Part shown: positions 54,084-64,000 of the stretch, piece by piece
Layout of the letters: every line of letters starts with the position of its first letter
Numbering within the stretch: position 1 is the first letter of the stretch
From: Kudoa neothunni
Taxonomy: Eukaryota; Animalia; Cnidaria
Reading direction: 5' to 3'
Assembly (NCBI GenBank): GCA_964304625.1
Contig: OZ199840.1
Coordinates: forward strand, 321,912-385,911
Length of the DNA stretch: 64,000 nucleotides
Made by a program: the position numbers and the translations under genes
The notes under the pieces: generated by a model
Told to the model about the DNA's origin: nothing
The model's database searches: none
The model's input: the letters and a program-made list of their open reading frames with translations, nothing else

Positions 54084-57076
54084 ATGAAAATAGCTGGATT
54101 TCTCTACCTTGCGTTAGGTACCTTCCTGAGTTAATTTTAATATTAAAGCTAATATAAGTTCAGGTGTTTTAATATCAACCACAGCCAATACTAATGAAAG
54201 TTCAAATCCTCAAGCTGCACCTGTAGCCCCAACAAAAACGTTGGCATATCAAATTGAGAAAGATGCGACAAGTAGCGCAGACCAAATTAAAATCAAACTT
54301 GGAGGCTCTGAATATGGAACTGGCAAAAAATGCCTTATACGTCGATCTAACGAAGCAGAAATCGCGGCGACTACCTCTGGTCAGGTACCAGCAGCTGAGT
54401 TTAGAGACATCGACACTTGTGTTGCTAAAGTTAGTGATTCGAGTGTTATTAATAAATGTGTTGTCGAATGTAATACTGACGCGAATAAAATCACCTACGA
54501 TAAACTCTCACCAAGGACCAAATACATATATGTCTACGTAGGCACCGTTGCAACTGAGGTTCAAAATAAAGTTCAGGGAGCAGAAGCAAAAGTATTCGGA
54601 TACTCAATACGTATATTATATTTTTAATTTGAAAATAAATTGAATTTAGCATTGTTGGCTAATCCACAAATTAGCGTGTCTACAGAAACCAATCAGTTGA
54701 AATTCGCAGCAAAAACATGTACACCTGTAAATTGCCCTATTTTTTACAAAGATGTCAAATACGCCAATGGTGCCAAGGTGGAAAGTTGTAATGCTGGGAA
54801 TTCGGAAAACATAGTGGATTTTGATTTATTGCTTCCGCATTACGAAGTAAGATGCGAAAATTATCCCAGTTTCTTTTACAATATGCCCAATCAATATATG
54901 AAGAAAAACATAGATATTTATAAGCCTCAGTTTTATATTGTTGCAAAAATTGGAAACAAAGTGGGAATTAAATTCACCAATTCCCCGTCGTCTGAAATAT
55001 GCCTATTCAGCCTTAAAGATGATCAGCAGACGACGAGCAATCCACCATACATTTCTCAATGTGGTGGAACTGACAAAAGTTGTTATGCACCATGTAAGTA
55101 CGTCGAACTCAATGGCATTGAGGGAAAAAAAGTTTATAAAGTTTTAATCCAAACGAGGCATCACGACATAGAAGCTACTAGTGGTGATTTGAAAGGTTAC
55201 GAACAAACTAAATTTGGTAATCCTTATATTAGGACGCATTTTTTTATATTTTTTTAGCATTTACTGAACAAAATGGAGAATTGCTGTCAGCCTATACGAA
55301 TATTGGTGTTACGTTTGAAGATGCCACATTAAAAACAAGAACTACTCCAATAATGAATACGTGTACACTTGATCATTATTTTGCTGATAAACCAAAGCCA
55401 ACCACTCTAACTGCCACAACATGTGATGATACTAGTACAACTAATAACAGATGCAACATTGATTGCTCAAAATTGGTAATTCAGGGACTTTCAGCGGGAA
55501 AAGCCTACATGATTGAGATCTCATTTGAAGGCGCTAGTATTACACAAGGTTTTAAAGAACATATATTCATAAGAACGAGTGAATCATTATATTTATTTTA
55601 TATAATAATAACAATTCATAAAGAAATCGGAATTGGAAAAGCATATGGAACTACCGATCCTACAAAAACAGACACAACAGTCTCTCTTACAGCTATGGCT
55701 GGGCTTTCATCGGGAGAAAAGAAAGATGAACCTACCTGTGAGTATTTGGTGAGTCCGGCTGGATTGGGCAGCTTTTACTATGCGAAATGTAATGGGAACA
55801 CCCCGTGTAGAGGAATTTGCAGTGAACAAGTTACGATAGAAAACCTTGAGCCAAACAAACCTTATGACATCAGGGTCATCGCACATAAGGATTACGACAT
55901 AAAAGATTACACAAATATACAAACAGGTTATTGAAGTTATAATTTATTCTTTAAAATTTTTATAGCATTAACAACGTTAACGATAACACACAAGATCACA
56001 TTGGATGGTTTGTCATTGAAGGCAAGATTAAATTCCGTGGATCCAACTGCAACATGCAGTTATATCGTAAAGAAGAAAACTGGTAGCGATTACATAGATT
56101 ATTACACATGTCCAGTGGTATCGGAAGTAGCGACGCCTGTTACCGCCCCGGTAGCACCACCACCCGCTTCAGCTCCTACTTCCAGTTTAAGTTCCGCAGA
56201 TCTCAACATAGCAAGAATTGCTGTGCCAATGGTAGCAGATGGTGGTCCAATGCCTGCAGCGAAATCTTCAGTCGCAGATACTTCAGATACACAGCTTGCT
56301 GATGTCGCGAACAGCGCAAACATATGTTCTTCAAATCCCCTTTGCAGTTCCATAACATTTCCCGAGTATGAAGCAGCAAATACATACAAAATTTTAGTCA
56401 CAGCTATCGGAAAATCTTCACCACAAGAGCATATCATAGAACCAAGTACTACAATTAATGCTTCAATTAATGTCTCTATTAAGAATTTCTTAAACGAAAC
56501 TTATATTAGGTACACCAAAAGTAAACCCAACTGACTCCTCAAAATTGATATCAGTCGTCATTACACGTGATGGGAACAGTTTCATTGTAACCACCACACT
56601 TCCAGCCACTATGAACGATAAATCAAAATGCAAATGGGAGTTACGTAACAGTAGTGTCAAGTCTAATGCGGTGGTAAAATCTTGCATGAGAAGAAACGTA
56701 GACAGATGTGCTGCCTTTGTGACCTGTAAAGAATTCAAAATAAATAATTTACCTGATGGAAATGATTATTATTTGACTGTTTACAGTGTCGAAGATGATA
56801 CAATTTTTGGCGGTGCTGACATTCAACAAGGTATATTATTTGTTACCAATATAATTAAATGTTATATATCGTAGGAGCAAAGAGTAGCTCAGGGTGAGTT
56901 AAGTAATATTTTTTTATTTTATTAAATATTTTTTAGGAATAAAACCAAACTTATGTAAACATTTTTAAATGTTGATATTTGAATTAACTGATTTTAGAAT
57001 CATTATTGCATGCGTTGCTGTGGTTGTGGTTATTGCAATAGTTGGCATCGTGGTATTGAAGAAGAAAAGGGATTAA
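54084..57076 (+). CDS. Variable multi-FN3-like type I membrane protein, copy 4 (intact)
   Basis: Exons start at 54084, 54164, 54650, 55258, 55624, 55966 and 56510, followed by the two micro-exons and the TM exon; frame open throughout; ends KKKRD*. Confidence 0.9.
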
Positions 57077-57240
57077 ATTAATTTTTGTTAACTATAGTTT
57101 ATAGGTAATATTTATTAATAAAATTTTTCGATCACGTAACATTATTTGATATTTTTAACCATTGGTTGAATTTATTGTTTTTTGAAATTTGCATGAGGCT
57201 TTTGAGAGGAAATATGATCTCCGATATTTTTTTATAATTA

Positions 57241-58210
57241 AAGTAAACAACCAATTTTCCGTAATCCTCTCGGGATCATGGAAAAGTTGCTGAAAATGCG
57301 TCAGTGATGTATTTTCCGTAACTTCCCGCGTGCGCCACAATTAAAAAAATAAACCTGTTTTAAAAAAAATTCATTTCATTTATACAATCATCTACCTTTA
57401 TTTAAACAATATGTTATTTTATGTTAAATTTAATTATATTTTTAAATGTGTATGCTGTAATTTTATGATGTGAATTCATTATTTCGTTCGGATAATCAAT
57501 TCCTCTCTGTAGTATATTTTTTTCTGCATGTTTAAACATTTAAACGAATCTTTTGATGATATAAATTCTACCACACGTTCATCTTCATTATCAAAATATA
57601 TAGATTCAATAATCAAAAGAGTAAGCTTATCAAAGTGTTTTGATGTAGGCATATTGATTTCCTTTTTAATAATCTCGGAATCTCCAGCTGAGAATTCTTT
57701 ATTGCTAAAATTAATATTTGATGAACGCTCGCATTCATGGGATGCAGGAATCCCATATTTCCTGAAACAGTTAAATACAATATCCTTTGAAACACCGTCC
57801 CAAGGTTTTTTAATTACTAACAATGTTTTAAGCGAATCTTGGGAGGATGTATTTATATCACTGTCAATTGCAGCAATATTGTTTTCCATTGAATTATTTT
57901 TGTAATTTAATAGGAATGAGAAAATGATTCTATGGTCTAATTGTTGCAAAACGCCAGTTGAATTTGTTGTAAGTAATATAAGAGAGACATTGGACAAATG
58001 AATTTCGGCGTGGTAAGTAGCATTATTAAGAAATAGCGAAACTTTCTTGTACTTCGTTTTGAATACATTGTCGAAATTAGAAGGATATTTGTTAAATATT
58101 TCCCAAATCATCCTTTCTTTCCTGTTTGATTTGTATTTTACTATAAATGTTTTAGAATTTTTAAAACAACGTGGTTTTTGTGATTTTCAATCACAAGAGA
58201 TTCAATGAAA
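57241..58210 (-). mobile_element. Duplicate of the left part of the Tigger remnant at 26475
   Basis: Near-identical to 26475-27443 and at the same distance from the gene's stop codon. Confidence 0.85.
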
Positions 58211-58330
58211 CATACGAAGTGAGTAAACTAAGATTAATTATTAAATTTATTGTTGAATGACTCCGGCATCCCCAATGATTGTTCTTCGCACCCCTAAGAG
58301 GTTGGGACACAACCTGTAGGGATACACTAG
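58211..58330 (+). repeat. Right-end fragment of the R1/R2/R3 hAT-like element
   Basis: TACGAAGTGA..AAGATTAAT..GAATGACTCC.GCATC resembles 22386-22445 and 29737-29795; ends GTAGGGATACACTA. Confidence 0.65.
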
Positions 58331-58561
58331 GCTATAGGTTGATTCTAAAAAATGAATGGATTAATGTATGTATTTATTTATAATCCTCTATAATTTTATT
58401 ATTATGCTATAGAATGAATAGATATTTGTTTGTGTTTGTCAATTGGCTATATGCAATAGAGAAATAACCATTAAGTCAGAATATCGAATAATTTCATTCA
58501 CAAGCATTATAGTATAATTTTAATCCTTCTGGTCTAGTCAGTAGTTTAAATAACTTCCAGT

Positions 58562-60087
58562 ATGAAAGTCTTTTTACTTATCTTTATCTGTGTTGTCTCT
58601 GCATACATCCCTCTTTCTTTTCTCACTGGCGCTAGTAGTTTAATCGAATGTGATTACGTTTATATTAATTTTAGCATATACAACATATGATTTTGATTCT
58701 ACAAAAAATCATAGGCTTCATTTACAATCTTTTCCTACCAGATATTACCTTCATAAAGATACAGCTACATGCAAAAGCTTTTCGTACAGAGGAGCCAGCG
58801 GATCTAACTTCAATAATTTTGCGTCGTTAGAAGAATGCAACAAAGAACGTAACATTACAGTTTATTTTATATTTCTATATTAATTTAGTTGAATATGATT
58901 ATGCGAGTCGAGTTGGTGCTTGCCAGGCTGTAGGAAACCCTAGTTTGAACAGTGACCTTCAGAGAAATGGTGATGGTTCATTCAACGTTTGTAACAAATC
59001 GCCCATCGACAGATATTACTTCAAAAAAGGATCTACTTCAGATGATGCAGGAACTTGCCACACATGTAAATATAAAGGATGCAATGAGCCAAAGTACTCA
59101 TTCCCAAGTGAGGAAGCTTGCAAGGGCACGTGCATAAGTAATGTATTATTCATTCGTGCTATTTATAATTGAAAATAGCAACTGACGACGCCTACAAAGT
59201 ACCTAACATGGTTGACTGCGAAGTGGGTGCCATTTTAACTTCAAATAATGCTGCTGCAACAGAAATCAATATCGTGCGTGACAACGAAAATTCCACATGT
59301 GTCCATGCGATCGTAGACAAACAATCAGGAGTACGTGGTGTTTTTGAGTTATTTTCTCAATTCCAAAAGAAGCGTGACGGTAATAAAAATAAATTCATTA
59401 AATAAACTTAATACGTAAATTTAGCTGATGAAGCAACAACTAAAAGATGTGATGTGAATCTGCTGCATACCAACCAACAACCGAAGGGCATATAACAACC
59501 AAATATTACTACAATTCCACAAATAAATTCTGCATGCAAATGATGGCAGTTGATATTGAATTGGACTCAACCAAAAATTATTTCGATACAGCCAGAGAAT
59601 GTATTAGTGCATGCCCCGCTCGTATGCTCCTTTTATTAGTTAGAATTATACAATTTAATGTTTAAAGTTAATGATGATGAAACAGTTGTTAATTTGCCGG
59701 ATATCCTCACTGTATGTAGTGACCCCAAAAGAACCTGGTAATGGAAACGAAGTAAGCACATTGCCAAGATGGTATTATGATGAGATAGAAAAGTTGTGTA
59801 AAAGATTTACATATACTGGAATTGGTGGAAATGCGAACAACTTTGAAAGTGAAGCCCTTTGCAATTACATTTGCATTGAAGGTGTTAATGCAGTTATTTT
59901 ACCCGAACCAACAACTACCCCATCAACTAAAACTGAGACTACTACTACTGCCACTACAGCTTCTGAAAGTAACGAAGAACCTGCACCAAGCAATACTGCA
60001 ACAGAACCTGATGATGATGAGGAAGAGGCGGTTGATCAACCAGAAACGGAAGAGACACAACCTGAAGCAGAAGGTGTCATTTCTTGA
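58562..60087 (+). pseudogene. Five-Kunitz secreted protein, copy B (probable pseudogene)
   Basis: Same exon structure as copy A; 5-nt duplication GATGT near 59450, +1 near 59724, and two Cys lost in domain 3 (SQFQKKRD vs SQCQKKCH). Confidence 0.8.
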
Positions 60088-60274
60088 ACATCTGGAATAA
60101 TTCTATTTATCTAACAATGGTTACTAAATATTTTTAATTATTATCAGTTTTTGTCGTTTTATAAATTACTTAAATTAACCAATATTATTTTTAAACATTA
60201 TATGGATTATATATTGATAACTCTTTTTATGAACGTTTAAATAGATTTAAAACTTAAGTCGCTAAAATATACTA

Positions 60275-62200
60275 CAATAGGTAACTGGTCTCACGCATTT
60301 CTTGGTGAACAAGAAAAAAAATTCGTAAAATTGGTCACGCCCGGTTCCACATACTTTAATGCTTGCGAAAAATGATGAGGAATTTATTTTTTATTGCAAC
60401 GAACTCATTCAAAAAAATTCTTTATTATTCAATACTGAAATATAAATATGTGTTATAAATGAAAAATCGAATAGATTATGTACGAGAAAAATATTTTGTT
60501 ATTTTAGTTTGTTTCATATTGTTTGAAATAATCTTAAATATCGACTCTTCTGCTGCATTAAAAATAATATTTTGACTATTATCATGCACCCTAAAAATGG
60601 TTTTAATTCCTTCAAATATTCTAAAGCCTTTTTGCTGGTAATAATTTTGTTTCTGTGGAGTTCTTCCTCATTATGTGTTCCATCCTTGTCAGATTGTTCT
60701 GCATCGTTAGTGTTTAAAACCTTAAAAAATTTAATTAAAATAAAAGTGTCAAATATCTTATTGGTGTCTAGTATTTGATCATTTTGGTTATATCATTTGC
60801 AGTCAAGTCATAAGTAAATTTTTCATCATTATCAATTAATAAATCACTCTGAGTTGAGGCAAATCTTAGCGAGAAAAATCCTGCTTTTACGAAAAAATTT
60901 TGATTGTATTTTTGGAAACGCTCTCCCAGGTAGTTTTAATTAAACCTATTGCTTCCAAAACGTTTGGTGGAGTTAGTTTGTTGAGGGTTAATCTAATCCT
61001 ACCTCCACAATAATTTACACATTATATTTACGTAGTTAGTCGTTAATCTGTATTATTATTATTACTGTGAAAAACGTGTCTCTATCAGCGTACATAACAT
61101 TGTTCTAATCCCATTTCAACACAAGAAATGAATCGTTCTATCATCGACTTCTTGTAGCATCATTATAGGAATGGATGACGCCCTCATCTAACGCGTAACG
61201 CTAGTGGTGTTTGGGGGGGGGGGGGGGATATTAATTTTACGTTAGAAAAATCTTTTTGACTTTTTTAGTAAAGTTTTCATTAATTTTTGAAATGTATCTC
61301 AAGAAAATATCCCCAGTCATCCAAGCCTTTTTGTTGGATTCGAATAAAAGGGTTAACTTCTTAATATTCTTGAAGCAACGTGGTTTTTTATTCGGTCTGA
61401 TTATCAATGGATCTAGCTTTTCTCCGCTCAACGAAGCTTCTAATAAAATCGTCAAACGTTTTTTTGATTTTTTTTGTCCCGCCTGTATTGTTCTCGGATG
61501 AATGAACATAACTATTACCTTAAAACCCATTACAGAATAAATTGAGAAATATTCAACACACTGCTGTTGATTTTTTTTTACGAGGTAAAACCCCTTGCGC
61601 AACTTATTAGGTTGTAGAATTCTGGTTGGTCAGACCTCTTCCATTAACGCTTTAGGCACCGCGGGACGTAACATGAAACCCCGCCCCTTATCTTTATACG
61701 GTAGTGTGGGACTATAACCCATTAAACATCCTCGTCTCAGAGCGACCACAACCCCAAACCCTATTATCCCTTTAAGGATGTTGGCTCTGTGAGGACTACA
61801 AATTACTTGCCTTTCGATTGGTTCCGGAGATTCAAACTCCTATTCAAGCTCATCCCACTTCACGCGAATTTGGTTGCTAATGCATCCCACTCGACAGCGA
61901 GCGTACACTTTAACCAGAGCTCCCTAACATGGGATAGAGACCCACCGACATGGAAGCAGTAATCTGACCATTGGCGGATTCGAACCCATTACCTCAGGGT
62001 TCTGAGTCCGAGCGTCACACAGATGTGCTATCTGTCCTCGGCTGTTAACATTGTTGAATTAAGTCGATTCCCTGGATAAATTGGTTTTATAAAGTCACAG
62101 CTAGTTTGTGATTAAACAGTCCAATAAATTCCATTTTTATATTTTATTACTCATGAAAAGATATATGGGAGTTTATGTTTACCCGCGATTTGTTCGTTCA
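60275..62200 (-). mobile_element. Decayed Tigger element interrupted by a SINE
   Basis: KKSKKRLTILL..SLSGEKL.PLII...KPRCFK, SNKKAWMTGDIF, PPNTTSV..LDEGVIHSY; TIR-like TA-CAATAGGTAAC at 60275. Confidence 0.75.
61571..62040 (-). mobile_element. tRNA-derived SINE (about 470 bp)
   Basis: On the minus strand: A-box-like TAGCACATCTGTG, B-box GGTTCGAATCC, GC-richer body and A9 tail; TSD GCTGTT(G/A)A at 61563-61570 and 62041-62048. Confidence 0.75.
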
Positions 62201-62932
62201 CCATGAGCATGGTTTCATTTTGTTCATAAAATATTATATTATCTACATTACGTTATTTTTATTAATCAAACATAAACTTAAATTGAATAAATAACGAACA
62301 TATATATCTAAAAAATGAATATAGGTGCCATTTTAACCTGGCACCAATCCAGAATTCAAGGCATTTTTATCCGAAAATTCCAGCAAAGAGTTGTTGCAAA
62401 TTATGATTGCTGAAATTTCGATTAAACGAAATGTTTTATTTAGAATCTACAACGTTTTCAAATATATTTTAAAAAATCATTCGTATAGCGGGATTTTAGG
62501 ATAAATGGGGTTCGACTTTATATATAAAAGTAATTATTTTAGAATAATTAGAACTTATTATTTTATGTCTTTAAGGCTGCATTAGAAAAAATATTCAGAT
62601 TACGCTTTCCGAGGTCCTTCCGCATTGGTACAATAAACAGAAGGGGCATGTGTCTATTTAGACATGATTTTTGTCTCGAGGAAACTTATCCATTTAATAC
62701 ATGACTGGAACAATACTAAATACTCTCTATAATAAATAGTATTACCGTTATTTTTCTAAAGTTTAATATTTTACTTCCATATTACCCCAAAAAACAATGT
62801 AATGAGGGAAAAGTTTTGTTCCATTAAAAGTTCTAATTAATTTACCACACCAATATGAGCTAGATTTCAAAAAATGGTTTATATTAATATTTCAATAACT
62901 TGAAAGATTGTTGTCTAGTGTAAGCTTTGCCA

Positions 62933-63027
62933 TCTGTCAATGAATGAATCATTATATCCGTAAATGAGTGAAATTCGGGTCAATTGTATTCCGAACCATC
63001 AATTGGTAGTTCATTTAATTTTCAATC
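62933..63027 (+). promoter_or_regulatory. Conserved upstream element (copy 5)
   Basis: Same block; homology to copies 1 and 3 extends upstream to about 62730. Confidence 0.65.
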
Positions 63028-64000
63028 ATGAAAATAGCTGGATTTATTCACCTTGTTTTAGGTACCTCTTCGTGAGTTAATTTTAATACTAATGTAAGTT
63101 TAGGTGTTTTAATATCCGGCACAATCAATACTCCTGCAGCTCAAGGTCCTCAAGCTGCAAGCTGCGCCTTCAGATTCAGTACCAACGAAAACACTGAAAT
63201 ATCAGATCGTGAAAGATGCAGCTACTAGCTCGGACCAAATTAAAATCAAACCTTGAAGGCTCTGGTTATGAAAGGAACAAATTTTGTCGTATAATGCGAT
63301 CTAACGAAGCAGAAATTACAAAGGCTGCCACTCCTGCAAATACGCCAGCTACATTTATAAGCATCGCTGCCTGCAGTGCTACCTCTGCTGACGCTTCTGA
63401 TCAATGTGTTATCACTTGTAACACTGATGAGAATAAAATACCCTATGAAAAACTATCACCAAGAACTAAATACATATTCGGTCTATGTTGGCACTGCAGC
63501 AACTACTATTAAAAGCATAGATCACGGACCTGAAGCAAAAGTATTCGGATATTTCAATACGTGAGTCAATTTATTTAATATTAAAATAATTTGGATTTAG
63601 CATTGTTGGCTAATCCACAAATTACCGTGTCTACAGAAACTAATAAGCTGAAATTCGTAGCAAAAACTTGCGCACCTGTAGATTGTCCTATTTATTATAG
63701 AGATATTAAATATGTAAATGGTAACAAAGGGACAGATTGTAATAATGATAATACAGCAAACACAGTTGATTTTGATTTATTGTTACCTCATTACGAAATA
63801 AGATGCGAAAATTATCCTAGTTTCTTTTACAACATGCCCAACCAATATATGAAGAAAAACATAGCCATTTATAAGCCTCAGTTTTATATTGTATACAAAA
63901 CTGAAGGAAAAAATCGGAATTAAATTCACTAATTCGCTTTCATCTGAAATATGCTTGTTCAGTCTTAAAAATGGTCAAAGTGAAGGAAATACTGCAAAAT
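63028..64000 (+). CDS. Variable multi-FN3-like membrane protein, copy 5 (5' part; runs off the window; about five +1 frameshifts)
   Basis: MKIAGFIHLVL|GVLIS, KLSPRTKY, LLANPQI, LLLPHYE.RC.NYP; single-base insertions near 63160, 63251, 63480, 63553 and 63912. Confidence 0.8.

Noticed and set aside
61213-61227. G15 run, possible G-quadruplex
   Set aside because: Lies at the Pro-Pro codons (PPNTTS) of a dead Tigger; homopolymer slippage or sequencing artefact.
61965-62040. tRNA gene
   Set aside because: No convincing acceptor stem; it continues into a body, A-tail and TSD, so it is a SINE head.

Overview
Very AT-rich eukaryotic DNA with tiny (mostly 36-46 nt) GT-AG introns. It is probably from a compact-genome animal (orthonectid/dicyemid-like by intron size; this is inference, the taxon cannot be fixed from sequence). 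The ORF track breaks the real genes into fragments. Splicing by hand gives (i) five paralogues of an unrecognised 10-exon type I membrane protein of about 870 aa: signal peptide, six phase-1 exons each carrying a 4-Cys FN3-like module, two micro-exons, a TM helix and a 5-residue KKKRD tail. Copies lie at 8872-11872(-), 23305-26310(+), 42217-45235(-), 54084-57076(+) and 63028->64000(+). Copies 2 and 4 are intact; copies 1, 3 and 5 carry 1-nt indels. (ii) Two paralogues of a secreted 5-Kunitz-domain protein with a Thr-rich/acidic tail (35774-37293 intact; 58562-60087 disrupted). The membrane-protein paralogues have hypervariable loops, an N-to-C gradient of variability, a conserved upstream element and a patchwork of segments shared between different copy pairs, which suggests a recombining variant-surface or recognition gene cluster. 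The rest is mostly transposon material: MULE, Tigger/pogo, hAT and hAT MITEs, Merlin, piggyBac, BEL/Pao, a gag remnant and a tRNA-derived SINE.
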